Origin: Acidimicrobiales bacterium
Lineage (GTDB): Bacteria; Actinomycetota; Acidimicrobiia; Acidimicrobiales; SZUA-35
Direction: 5' to 3'
Length of the DNA: 64,000 bases
NCBI GenBank assembly: GCA_047971245.1
Contig: JBKDZN010000057.1
Coordinates: 4,716-68,715, forward strand
A program made the position numbers and the translations under genes. Of this stretch, positions 9,158 through 18,379 are shown piece by piece (within the stretch, counting starts at the first letter, position 1; every line of letters starts with the position of its first letter). The notes under the pieces were generated by a model. It was not told the origin of the DNA. It was given only the letters and a program-made list of their open reading frames with translations, and did not search any database.

Positions 9158-10870
9158 ATGGCATCTCCATCCTCCCGTCCCGCCGCTCCGGCCGAGCCGC
9201 CGAACGTCGGCACCATCGACGGTCTGCTCGGTTCGGCCGATCACAAGACGATCGGGCGGTTCTGGATCGCCGCCGGCCTGATCGGCCTGATCGGTGGCCT
9301 GGCCGTGTCGTCGCTCGTCGGGTTCGAATCGATCGACCTGGCCGGGTTCACGGTGGTCGACGACGCCGGCCAGTTCACCCAGCTGTTCTCCCTCGGTGAA
9401 GAGCTCGTGTTGTTCGGTGGGCTGGTGCCCCTGCTCATCGGCATCGGGACCTTCCTGGTGCCCCTGCAGGTCGGTGCCCCGGCCATCGCCTTCGCCCGCG
9501 GTGCCGCCGGGGCCTTCTGGACCTGGCTGGCCGGTACGGCGCTGATGGTGGTGGCCCTGGCGGTCAACGGTGGCCCCGGCGGCGGCCGCCGCGACTTCGT
9601 CATCCTCTGGGCCCTGGCCCTGGTGATCAGCCTCGGTGCCCAGGTGTGGGCCCTGGCCGTCCTGGCCACCACGATCCTCGGGGCCCGGACGAGCGGGATG
9701 ACCCTCGATCGGGTCCCGTTCACCACCTGGTCGTACCTGGTTTTCTCCCTCCTCGGCCTGGTCACCCTGCCGGTGATCATCGCCGACCTGGTCTACGCCT
9801 ACATCCGGGTCCGCTACGGCCTGCTCCCCAACGACGCCAACACCTCGCTGGTCGGCGTGGTCGCCCCGGTGGCCCTGGCCCCCGGGGTGTACTGGTTCGG
9901 GGTCCCCTTGCTGGGTATGGCCGCCGACATCATCGGGGTCCACACCGGCCGGGCGGTCCGGGCCCAGCGGGCCCTGCTCGGCGCTCTCGGCGCCCTCGGC
10001 TTCGTCTCCTTCGCCGCCGATTACTTCGCCTTCGGCACGGTGCGGCCCCCCCAGTTCGACCAGGCGCTCGGCGTGATCGCCATCGTCCTCGCCGTGCTCG
10101 TCATCCTGGCCAACCTCGGTCTGGCCGGCGACAGCATCCGCACCGGGGAACCCCGGTTCCGGGCCCCCCTGCTCGCCGCCCTGGTGTCCGGTCTGGTGCT
10201 GTTGCTCGCCGCGGCCACCGCCGTCCTCGGGGTCTTCGAGCCGGTGGCCCTCTGGCTCCACCGGAACACCTCGATCGGTATCAACCTCGACAAGCTGTTG
10301 ATCGTCAACGGCACCCGGTTCAACGACGGCATCCGGGCCGTCGTGATCGGCGCCACCGTCACCGCCGTCGTGGCCGGGCTGGCCAACTGGGCCCCGAAGC
10401 TCTGGGGTCGCACCCTCAGTGCCGCCGTGGTGGTCGGTGCCGCCCTGCTGGCCGCCGGAGGCGCCGTCGTGTGGGGCGCCGGGGCGGTCCTGGCCGGGAT
10501 CGACGATCAGCCCGCCCTCCCCTACGCCACCCTGGCCGGTGGGGACTCGGTCGAGTTCGGCAACCTGCTCGCCTTCCTGGGCACCCTGGCCGTCCTGGCC
10601 GCCGCCGTGGTCATCGGCCTCGAGGCGGCCCGGGTCGCCTCCGGATCCACCCGCCCGGCCGGCGGCGATCCCTGGACCGGTCTCACCCTCGAGTGGGCCA
10701 CTGACTCGCCTCCGTCGTTCGGCAACTTCGCCTCGGCCCCGGTCGTCCGTTCGGCCACCCCACTGGCCGAGGACGGCATGGTGATGGCCCCCGAGGAGGA
10801 GGTCCCCGATGAGGAGGCCGGAGAACTGGCCGGTGTGAGCAGCGGCGGGTCGGAGGAGAGCAATGACTGA
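9158..10870 (+). CDS. Heme-copper oxidase subunit I-like membrane protein lacking all metal-ligand histidines
   Basis: Aligns by eye along its length with CtaD at 13679-15673 (DHKTIG, PLQVGAPAIAFARGAAGAFW, NWAPKLWGRTL, DPWTGLTLEW..SPP..NF). The heme a, heme a3 and CuB His positions are substituted. See the findings. Confidence 0.8.
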   Translation: MASPSSRPAAPAEPPNVGTIDGLLGSADHKTIGRFWIAAGLIGLIGGLAVSSLVGFESIDLAGFTVVDDAGQFTQLFSLGEELVLFGGLVPLLIGIGTFLVPLQVGAPAIAFARGAAGAFWTWLAGTALMVVALAVNGGPGGGRRDFVILWALALVISLGAQVWALAVLATTILGARTSGMTLDRVPFTTWSYLVFSLLGLVTLPVIIADLVYAYIRVRYGLLPNDANTSLVGVVAPVALAPGVYWFGVPLLGMAADIIGVHTGRAVRAQRALLGALGALGFVSFAADYFAFGTVRPPQFDQALGVIAIVLAVLVILANLGLAGDSIRTGEPRFRAPLLAALVSGLVLLLAAATAVLGVFEPVALWLHRNTSIGINLDKLLIVNGTRFNDGIRAVVIGATVTAVVAGLANWAPKLWGRTLSAAVVVGAALLAAGGAVVWGAGAVLAGIDDQPALPYATLAGGDSVEFGNLLAFLGTLAVLAAAVVIGLEAARVASGSTRPAGGDPWTGLTLEWATDSPPSFGNFASAPVVRSATPLAEDGMVMAPEEEVPDEEAGELAGVSSGGSEESND

Positions 10871-11492
10871 CATCTCGGCGTACTACGACGCTCGCGAGAA
10901 TCCGCACGACATCATCCCGGAGTACGTCGACGCGCCGGAACCGGCCCGGCCCCGGCTCCTGCTGCTGGCCACCGCCCTGATCTCCGCCGCCGTGCTCGTC
11001 GGGTACGGGGCCATGGTCGGCTACTACCTGTCGGTCCGGGCCCCCATCCGGGCCTCGGGCGAATCATGGCTGCCGGCCGACATTCCCCTGACCCAGCCCA
11101 ACTTCATGCTGATCACGGTGGCGATGTCGGTGATCACCGCCGGGTGGGCGCTCCAGGCGGTACGCAACGACGACAAGGCGAACAGTTACATCGCCATCTG
11201 CCTGACCCTGTTGTTCGGGTTCGCCCAGATCGCCCAGACGGCCTATCTCCTGACCCTGCTCGAGACGCCCGCCGGCGACGGCGAAGCGGCGTCGCTCATG
11301 TACCTGTTGATCGGTACCCAGATCGCCGTGATGCTGGTGGCGATGGCCTTCATGGCCCTGACCCTGTTGCGCACCCTCGGTGGGGGCTACTCGGCCCGCG
11401 ATTCGGAGGGTGTGCTGAGCGCGGCGATCTTCTGGTTCGTGTCGGCCGGGGTGTACACCCTGCTGTGGTACGTCGTTTACATCAGTAAGTAG
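10863..11492 (+). CDS. Oxidase subunit III-like membrane protein (divergent paralog of CtaE)
   Basis: IPLTQPNFMLITVAMSVITAGWALQ and AAIFWFVSAGVYTLLWYVVYI parallel IPFTSVSSFILLMSSLTMVLAHS and VGLYWHFVDIVWVLIFTIVYL in CtaE at 15673-16362. Overlaps the upstream gene by 8 nt. Confidence 0.7.
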   Translation: MTDISAYYDARENPHDIIPEYVDAPEPARPRLLLLATALISAAVLVGYGAMVGYYLSVRAPIRASGESWLPADIPLTQPNFMLITVAMSVITAGWALQAVRNDDKANSYIAICLTLLFGFAQIAQTAYLLTLLETPAGDGEAASLMYLLIGTQIAVMLVAMAFMALTLLRTLGGGYSARDSEGVLSAAIFWFVSAGVYTLLWYVVYISK

Positions 11493-11515
11493 GTCGAGGA
11501 GTAGGTCGAGAAACG

Positions 11516-12310
11516 ATGTTCACCTGGGGTTCCAAATTCCTCTTCGGCCTGTCGGCCGGGTCGCTGGTCGGCGCCTGGCTCTACGGCCTGTTCAGCGGCG
11601 GTTCGCTGGTCGGTGTGATCAGCATCGGCTACAAGGGCGGTGTCGGTGATCTCACCGGGTACGCCATCCTGCTCACCATCGCCGCCGTCATGTTCCTGCT
11701 CGGTCTGCTCAACCTGATGATCCGGGACGGGTCGGCCGAGGTGGCCGCCGAGTCGGTCGGGGCCGACCACGCCCTCACCGTCAGCACCCCCCGGGCATCG
11801 TCCTACTGGGGCCCGTTGGCCGCCTTCGGTCTCGCCGCGGTGGTGCTGGGGATCGCGGTGTCCACCGCCTTCCTGATCCTCGGCGCGGTGGTCCTGTTCG
11901 CGGTGGCCATCGAGTGGCTCATCCTCGACTGGTCGGATCGGGCCACCGGCGATCCCGACGTCAATGCCGCCATCCGCAGCCGTCTAGCCGGGCCCTTCGA
12001 GGTGCCGGTGCTGGCGCTGCTGGGGGCCGCCTTCCTGGTCCTGGCCCTGTCACGAGTGCTGCTGGCGCTGAGCAGCCCCACGGCCTCCACCATCTTTGCC
12101 GGGGTGGCGGCGGCCATCGTGTTCGCCTTGGCGATCGCCATCGCCAAGTCGAATGCCCCCCGTTCGATCATCAGCGGCGTCGTGGCCCTCGGGGCCATCG
12201 CCGTCCTGGCCGGTGGAGTCGTCGGCGCCGTCGTCGGCGAACGCCCCATCGGACATCACGAGACCGACTCGGCCGATCACGCCGACGTCGAAGGAGGCGA
12301 AGGCGAGTGA
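11516..12310 (+). CDS. Polytopic membrane protein with a CtaF-like (actinobacterial subunit IV-like) segment
   Basis: About 8 hydrophobic helices. SYWGPLAAFGLAAVVLGIAV resembles SYWPIVLAGGLPIVGYGL at the C-terminus of CtaD. The stop overlaps a candidate ctaC start (GTGA at 12307-12310). Confidence 0.6.
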   Translation: MFTWGSKFLFGLSAGSLVGAWLYGLFSGGSLVGVISIGYKGGVGDLTGYAILLTIAAVMFLLGLLNLMIRDGSAEVAAESVGADHALTVSTPRASSYWGPLAAFGLAAVVLGIAVSTAFLILGAVVLFAVAIEWLILDWSDRATGDPDVNAAIRSRLAGPFEVPVLALLGAAFLVLALSRVLLALSSPTASTIFAGVAAAIVFALAIAIAKSNAPRSIISGVVALGAIAVLAGGVVGAVVGERPIGHHETDSADHADVEGGEGE

Positions 12311-13665
12311 CCGTCGACCGTGACGCTGCTGACCCCGGCGTGCAGGCCGGAGAGAGCCCCGACACGCCGGGACGTCGTGGCCGGGTAGGTGATGGTCTTG
12401 GCCGGGGACGACGCCGATCCCGCGGGATCGGCCTGGCCCTGCTGGCTTCGCTGACCGCCCTGGTGGTGGCCGGCTGTGCCGAGGACAAGCCGCTCAACAC
12501 CTTCGAGCCCCGCGGCCCCAAGGCCGAACAGATCGACTCACTGATGATGCCCATCTGGGGCATCATGGGTGTCGTCTTCGTGCTCGTCATCGGCGGCACG
12601 ATCTGGCTGGCCCTGCGCAACCGGGTCAACCCGGACACCTACGACCCCGATGATCTCCCGGCCCAGACGCACGGCAACTTCCGGTTGGAGATCGCCTGGA
12701 CGATCGCCCCGGCCCTGGTACTGGCCCTCATCTCCATCCCCGTGGTGGCCAACATCTGGTCCTTGGAGAAGAAGGGCGACGGCGTCGAGGTGATGGTCAT
12801 CGGCCAGCAGTGGTGGTGGGAATACCGCTACGACGTGGACGGTGACGGCTTCTTCGTCGACGCCAACGGCGACGGTGTGGTCGACGAGGCCGACCAGGAG
12901 CTGCCGCTGAACATCGCCCTCGACCGTGACGATGTCGTCACCGCCAACGAGCTGGTCATCCCGGCCGGCGAACAGGTCGATCTGGTCCTCACCTCCCGGG
13001 ACGTCATCCACTCCTTCTGGATCCCCCGGCTGAACGGCAAGCGCGACACCGTTCCCGGTCGTTGGCACACCTGGGCGCTCCAGGCCGACGAGCCCGGCAA
13101 GTTCACCGGCTGGTGCACCGAGTTCTGCGGGATGTCCCACGCCCGGATGCGGATGTCGACCATCGCCCTGCCCCGGGCCGACTTCGACCAGTGGCTGGCC
13201 AATCAGGCCACCCCGGCCGAGGTTCCCACCGAGACCGAAGCTGCAGCCGGCTACGAACTGTTCCAGAATCAGTGCATGAGCTGCCACGTGATCAACGACG
13301 GCAACCTCGACTACGGCGAGAACTTCGAGGCCGCCCTCACGGCCGGCGGGGCTCCCAACCTGACCCACTTCGCCACCCGCACGGTGTTTGCGGGCGCGAC
13401 GCTGCCGGTGTACCTCGGCCCGGGCACCGACCCCAACGACGATGCGTTCAACGTCGAGAACTATCTCGATCTGTCCGCCCTCGCCGCTGACGCCGACAGC
13501 CCCGACGACTACCGGCTGAACCGGCCCCTGCTCAAGCAGTGGGTCAGTGACGCCTCCCAGCTGAAGGACATGTCGCCCGACGACGGGCGGGGCATGCTGC
13601 CGTTCCCTCAGCTGACCGACGAGCAACTCAACCAGATCGTCGCCTATCTGGCGACGCTCGATTAG
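12307..13665 (+). CDS. ctaC: Cytochrome c oxidase subunit II with fused cytochrome c domain (caa3 type)
   Basis: Lipoprotein-like signal LALLASLTALVVAGC, CuA site HSFWIP...CTEFCGMSHARM, and a C-terminal heme c motif CMSCH. The start is uncertain (GTG 12307 or GTG 12340). The track ORF 11914-13665 is over-extended. Confidence 0.85.
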   Translation: MTVDRDAADPGVQAGESPDTPGRRGRVGDGLGRGRRRSRGIGLALLASLTALVVAGCAEDKPLNTFEPRGPKAEQIDSLMMPIWGIMGVVFVLVIGGTIWLALRNRVNPDTYDPDDLPAQTHGNFRLEIAWTIAPALVLALISIPVVANIWSLEKKGDGVEVMVIGQQWWWEYRYDVDGDGFFVDANGDGVVDEADQELPLNIALDRDDVVTANELVIPAGEQVDLVLTSRDVIHSFWIPRLNGKRDTVPGRWHTWALQADEPGKFTGWCTEFCGMSHARMRMSTIALPRADFDQWLANQATPAEVPTETEAAAGYELFQNQCMSCHVINDGNLDYGENFEAALTAGGAPNLTHFATRTVFAGATLPVYLGPGTDPNDDAFNVENYLDLSALAADADSPDDYRLNRPLLKQWVSDASQLKDMSPDDGRGMLPFPQLTDEQLNQIVAYLATLD

Positions 13666-13678
13666 GAGCCGGATTCCC

Positions 13679-15673
13679 ATGGCGATCACAGAAAAACCTC
13701 TGGCGCTACCGACCGGCGCTCCCCGCAAGGAGCTCGACGAGAAACCTCTGGGCAGCCTCACCAGGCCCCGGCACGCCAAGGGTCTGGTTGATTGGCTGAC
13801 CACGGTCGATCACAAGAAGATCGGGATCATGTACGGCGCGGCCGCCATGTTCTTCCTGGTCATCGGCGGTGTCGCCGCCCTGCTGATCCGGATCCAGCTG
13901 GCGGTGCCCAACAACACCTTCCTGTCGGGTGAGGCCTACAACCGGGTCTACACCATGCACGGCACGATCATGATCTTCCTGGTCGTGATGCCCATCGGGT
14001 CCGCGTTCGCCAACTATCTGTTGCCGATCCATGTGGGAGCCAGAGACGTGGCCTTCCCCCGGATCAACGCCTTCAGTTTCTGGGTGTACTTCTTCGGGGG
14101 GCTGATGCTGAACACCAGCTGGTTCCTCGGGGGCGGCCCCGACGGTGGCTGGTTCAACTATGCCCCCAACAACGGGGTCGCCTTCTCGCCAAGCCACGGC
14201 ATCGACTTCTGGAACATCGGCCTGCTGATCGTCGGTTTCGGCTCCCTCACCGGGGCCATCAACCTGATCACCACGGTGCTCAACATGCGAGCGCCCGGTA
14301 TGAGCCTGATGAAGATGCCGGTGTACGTGTGGATGACCCTCGTCACCCAGTTCCTGCTGCTGTTCGCCATCCCGGTGCTCACCGTCGCCCAGCTGCTGCT
14401 GATGTTCGACCGTCTCTTCGGCGGCAACTTCTTCAATGTCGCTCAGGGGGCAGATCCGCTGCTCTGGCAGCACCTGTTCTGGATCTTCGGTCACCCCGAG
14501 GTGTACCTGATGATCCTGCCGGCGTTCGGCATCGTCTCGGAGGTCATCCCCACCTTCGCCCGCAAGCCGATCTTCGGCTACCCGTTCATGGTCTTCTCCG
14601 GTGTGGCGATCGGCTTCATGGGCTTCGGTGTGTGGGCGCACCACATGTTCGTGTCGGGGATGGGTCCGGCGTCGGTGACCGCGTTCAGCCTTGCCACCAT
14701 GTTCATCGCCGAGCCCACCGGTGTGAAGATCCTCAACTGGATGGCCACCCTGTGGGGCGGCACGCTGATTCTCAACACGGCCATGGTGTTCGCCATCGGT
14801 CTGGTCACCCAGTTCACCGTCGGCGGGTTGTCGGGCGTGTCGCACGCCGTGGCCCCGTCCGACACCCAGCAGACCGACACCTACTACATCGTGGCCCACT
14901 TCCACTATGTGCTGTTCGGCGGCGCCCTGTTCGGCTTCATGGCCGGCTTCTACTACTGGTGGCCGAAGGTCTTCGGCTACAAGCTCAACGAGCGGATGGG
15001 TAAGTGGAACTTCTGGCTGATGGTCATCGGCTTCAACCTGACCTTCGGCCCGATGCACATCCTCGGCCTCCAGGGCATGCCCCGACGGATGCAGACCTAC
15101 GACGCCTCGATGGGCTTCAACCTGTGGAACATGGTGGCCACCATCGGGTCGTTCATCCTCGGTGTCGGCACCCTGCTGCTGCTGGTCAACGCCTTCTTCT
15201 CCTTCCGCCGCTGGTCGGCGGCCGGTCGGCCCAATGTCGGCCCGGATCCGTGGGACGGGCGGACCCTGGAGTGGTCGATCCAGTCGCCGACCCCGGAGCA
15301 CAACTTCGACTACGACCCCCAGGTCGAACACGTCGACGACTTCTGGCACCGCAAGTACATCGAGGACGACGACCACACGATCCGTCGGGTGGCCACCGGC
15401 GAGGAACTCGCCCAGCCGGGCAACGGCGAAGGTGTGCACCTGCCGGCGCCGTCCTACTGGCCGATCGTGCTGGCCGGCGGCCTGCCCATCGTGGGCTACG
15501 GGTTGATCTTCAACCTGTGGCTCACCGTTCCCGGCGGGCTCATCGTCCTGCTGGCCCTGTTCGGCTGGGCGCTGGAACCGGCCGACGACCTCGACCATCC
15601 CGGTCACGACGATCACCACGACGGCGACCCGTCGCCGGGTGATGACCACGATCCCGAATTGGAGACTGTCTGA
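13679..15673 (+). CDS. ctaD: Cytochrome c oxidase subunit I with a C-terminal two-helix extension
   Basis: All canonical motifs are present: DHKKIG, YTMHGTIMIF, FGHPEVY, WAHHMF, VAHFHYV. The extra C-terminal segment APSYWPIVLAGGLPIVGYGLIFNLWLTVPGGLIVLLALFGWALEP resembles actinobacterial CtaF. Confidence 0.95.
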   Translation: MAITEKPLALPTGAPRKELDEKPLGSLTRPRHAKGLVDWLTTVDHKKIGIMYGAAAMFFLVIGGVAALLIRIQLAVPNNTFLSGEAYNRVYTMHGTIMIFLVVMPIGSAFANYLLPIHVGARDVAFPRINAFSFWVYFFGGLMLNTSWFLGGGPDGGWFNYAPNNGVAFSPSHGIDFWNIGLLIVGFGSLTGAINLITTVLNMRAPGMSLMKMPVYVWMTLVTQFLLLFAIPVLTVAQLLLMFDRLFGGNFFNVAQGADPLLWQHLFWIFGHPEVYLMILPAFGIVSEVIPTFARKPIFGYPFMVFSGVAIGFMGFGVWAHHMFVSGMGPASVTAFSLATMFIAEPTGVKILNWMATLWGGTLILNTAMVFAIGLVTQFTVGGLSGVSHAVAPSDTQQTDTYYIVAHFHYVLFGGALFGFMAGFYYWWPKVFGYKLNERMGKWNFWLMVIGFNLTFGPMHILGLQGMPRRMQTYDASMGFNLWNMVATIGSFILGVGTLLLLVNAFFSFRRWSAAGRPNVGPDPWDGRTLEWSIQSPTPEHNFDYDPQVEHVDDFWHRKYIEDDDHTIRRVATGEELAQPGNGEGVHLPAPSYWPIVLAGGLPIVGYGLIFNLWLTVPGGLIVLLALFGWALEPADDLDHPGHDDHHDGDPSPGDDHDPELETV

Positions 15674-16362
15674 TGACCGTCGCCGCTGATCCCGTCGCCG
15701 AACACGCCGGCGCCGAGGAACACGAGGCCCACCGCACCAGTCTCGGCCTGTCCAACATGAAGTTGGCGATGTGGCTGTTCCTGGGCTCGGAGTGCCTCCT
15801 GTTCGGGGCGCTCATCTCCACCTACCTGCTGTCCCGGGCCAATTTCGTGACCGAGCTGTTGGCGGGCAACCCGACGGTCATCGCCACCCTGCCCGAGGCA
15901 CTGGTCCAGGAGTTCGTGGCCGAAGGGTCGGTCCAACCGATCTTCGACATCCCGTTCACCTCGGTCAGCTCGTTCATCCTGCTGATGAGTTCACTGACCA
16001 TGGTGCTGGCCCACAGCGCCACCGTGGACGGCAACACCCGGAACGCAAAGGTGTGGTTGGCTGCCACCGCCCTGCTCGGCTCGACGTTCATCGCCGGGCA
16101 GGTCTACGAGTTCACGGTGTTCTACCGGGAAGGCCTGACCTACACCGGCAACCTGTTCGGTACCGCGTTCTTCACCCTCACCGGATTCCACGGTGTGCAC
16201 GTCACCGGCGGCATCCTGATGCTGTTGTCGCTGCTCGTCATGGCCATCCGAGGCCGCCTCGGTCCCGACCGGGCCGAGACGGTCGAGATCGTCGGGCTGT
16301 ACTGGCACTTCGTCGATATCGTCTGGGTGCTCATCTTCACCATCGTCTACCTGATCCCGTGA
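15673..16362 (+). CDS. ctaE: Cytochrome c oxidase subunit III
   Basis: NMKLAMWLFLGSECLLFGALI, FTLTGFHGVHVTGG and YWHFVDIVWVLIF. The start overlaps the ctaD stop. Confidence 0.9.
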   Translation: MTVAADPVAEHAGAEEHEAHRTSLGLSNMKLAMWLFLGSECLLFGALISTYLLSRANFVTELLAGNPTVIATLPEALVQEFVAEGSVQPIFDIPFTSVSSFILLMSSLTMVLAHSATVDGNTRNAKVWLAATALLGSTFIAGQVYEFTVFYREGLTYTGNLFGTAFFTLTGFHGVHVTGGILMLLSLLVMAIRGRLGPDRAETVEIVGLYWHFVDIVWVLIFTIVYLIP

Positions 16363-16372
16363 GGTCCCTGTC

Positions 16373-16717
16373 ATGACCGACGCCAGCACCGAGGTCCTCC
16401 ACGACGCCGACGCTCACGGCGAGGATCACAGCCACCCCACCGAGATCCAGTACTGGATGGTGTTCGTCTCCCTGGTCATCCTCACCGCCGTCGAGGTGGC
16501 GTGGTCCTACCTGGGGCTTGAAGGACCGGCCCTGGTGATCCCGCTGGTGATCATGATGGTGGTCAAGTTCATCCTCGTGGCCGGGGCGTTCATGCACCTC
16601 TACTTCGACATGAAGATCATCAACGGTCGCTTTTTCACCTGGGCGTTCCTCGGGGCATTGGTTCTGGCCCTCGCGGTCTACATCGGTGTGGCGGCCACGT
16701 TCGAGTTCCAGGTGTAA
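16373..16717 (+). CDS. Prokaryotic cytochrome c oxidase subunit IV family protein (COX4_pro type)
   Basis: 114 aa with three TM helices. YWMVFVSLVILTAVEV and MMVVKFILVAGAFMHL are typical of the small subunit IV of caa3/aa3 oxidases. Confidence 0.75.
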   Translation: MTDASTEVLHDADAHGEDHSHPTEIQYWMVFVSLVILTAVEVAWSYLGLEGPALVIPLVIMMVVKFILVAGAFMHLYFDMKIINGRFFTWAFLGALVLALAVYIGVAATFEFQV

Positions 16718-16722
16718 CGATC

Positions 16723-17691
16723 ATGCTCATCGCCCTCGCCACCGCAGAGTCGACCGCCGATTCGGTGAGCCTGGGCGACATCGGGTGGAACGCCCACCCC
16801 GAGGTGTGGACCCTGATCATCGGGATCATCGCCCTGGGCTGGTGGGTATTCCGGGTGCTCCAACCCAAGGCGGTGGCCGCCGGATACCCACCGATCAGCC
16901 GGCGCCAGGTCGCCTGGTTCGTGGCGGCCACAGTCAGCATGTGGGTGGCCTCCGACTGGCCGGTCCACGACGTGGCCGAGCAGTACCTGTACTTCGTCCA
17001 CATGTTCCAGCACATGTTCATCTCGATGCTGGTACCGGCCATGTTCCTGCTGTCGATGCCGATGTGGCTGTTCGACCTCGTCATCCCCGAGGGAACCACG
17101 GCCCGGCGGGTGTTGCGCTACGCCTCCCGCCCGCTGGTGGCCGGGATCGTGTTCAACGTGTTGACCATGGTCCTGCACTGGAGCCTGCTGGTCACCCTGT
17201 CAGCCGAGAACGGCGCCCTGCACTACGGCCTGCATCTGATGATCTTCATCTCCGGCCTGCTGATGTGGATGCCGGTGGTCGGCCCGGTGCGGGAATGGCG
17301 GCTCCAGCCCCTGGCCCAGTGCTTCTACCTGTTCGGGATGTCCATCGTGCCCACGGTGCCCGGTGGCTGGCTCGTGTTCGCCGAAGACGTGGTGTACCGC
17401 TCCTACGACGTACCCCAACGGCTGTGGGGGGTCGACGTGCTCGCCGACCAGCAGATGGCCGGCGTGGTCATGAAGATCGTGGGTGGCTTCGTCCTGTGGG
17501 CCATCATCGTGATTATCTTCGGCCGATGGGCGTCGACCGAGGTGGGCAAGGACCTCGACGCGGTGCGATCCCGGGATCGGGCCCGGACCGATCGGGAGCT
17601 CACCGCCCTGGCCGAGGACGAGCCGTTGACGGTGAACGACATCTCGGCCCGGTTCGCCGAATCGGATGCACCCGAGGAGCGGGTGCCCTGA
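16723..17691 (+). CDS. ctaG: Cytochrome c oxidase assembly factor CtaG (Caa3_CtaG family)
   Basis: Polytopic membrane protein with HMFQHMFISMLVPAMFLLSMP and MAGVVMKIVGG. Last gene of the cta operon. Confidence 0.8.
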   Translation: MLIALATAESTADSVSLGDIGWNAHPEVWTLIIGIIALGWWVFRVLQPKAVAAGYPPISRRQVAWFVAATVSMWVASDWPVHDVAEQYLYFVHMFQHMFISMLVPAMFLLSMPMWLFDLVIPEGTTARRVLRYASRPLVAGIVFNVLTMVLHWSLLVTLSAENGALHYGLHLMIFISGLLMWMPVVGPVREWRLQPLAQCFYLFGMSIVPTVPGGWLVFAEDVVYRSYDVPQRLWGVDVLADQQMAGVVMKIVGGFVLWAIIVIIFGRWASTEVGKDLDAVRSRDRARTDRELTALAEDEPLTVNDISARFAESDAPEERVP

Positions 17692-17745
17692 CCGCACCGG
17701 ATCGCAGCGCCCGACCCTGACACCCGGACCCGACGGGGTGAACCC

Positions 17746-18372
17746 ATGACCGATCTGGCCGCGATGCGCCAGGAATACGAGACGGCGGGCCTCGACCAGG
17801 TCGACGACGACCCGGTGACCCAGTTCGAACACTGGTTGGACGACGCCGTCCGAGCCGAACTGCCCGAGCCCAACGCCATGGTGCTGTCCACCGTGGATGA
17901 GGCCGGCCAGCCGTGGAGCCGGTACGTCCTCCTCAAGGGCGTCGGGCCGGATGGGTTCGACTTCTACAGCAACGAGCGGAGCAACAAGGGCCGGCACCTG
18001 GCCGGCAATCCCCACGCCGCCGCCACGGTGGGCTGGCTCGGGCTGCACCGCCAGGTCAACCTGGCCGGTCCCGTGGTCCGGGTGCCCGCCGACGCCGCCG
18101 ACGCCTACTGGGCGTCACGACCCCGGGGGGCGCGGGTGGCCGCCACCGCCTCGAACCAGAGCCACCCGCTGACCGATCGGGCCGAACTGATGGCCATCGT
18201 GACCGAGATCGACGCGGCCGGTGACGACCTGCCCCGCCCCGGCCACTGGGGCGGCTGGCGGATCGTTCCCCACACCATCGAGTTCTGGCAGGGCCGCCCC
18301 AACCGGCTGCACGACCGGCTGCGGTACACCCGGACCGACGACCGGTGGGTGATCCGCCGCCTCGCCCCCTGA
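17746..18372 (+). CDS. pdxH: Pyridoxamine 5-prime-phosphate oxidase
   Basis: SRYVLLKGVGPDGFDFYSNERSNKG, ASRPRGARVAATASNQS and EFWQGRPNRLHDRLRY...LAP, a classic PdxH C-terminus. Confidence 0.9.
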   Translation: MTDLAAMRQEYETAGLDQVDDDPVTQFEHWLDDAVRAELPEPNAMVLSTVDEAGQPWSRYVLLKGVGPDGFDFYSNERSNKGRHLAGNPHAAATVGWLGLHRQVNLAGPVVRVPADAADAYWASRPRGARVAATASNQSHPLTDRAELMAIVTEIDAAGDDLPRPGHWGGWRIVPHTIEFWQGRPNRLHDRLRYTRTDDRWVIRRLAP

Positions 18373-18379
18373 GCGGGTA

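Noticed and set aside
8912-10873. 653-aa minus-strand ORF
   Set aside because: It is antisense to the subunit I-like membrane gene. The translation is Gly/Asp/Arg/His/Glu low-complexity with no motifs, as is typical of shadow ORFs in high-GC DNA. The plus-strand frame shows TM helices and homology to CtaD.
13706-15649. 647-aa minus-strand ORF
   Set aside because: It is exactly antisense to ctaD, whose identity is unambiguous. It is a high-GC shadow frame.
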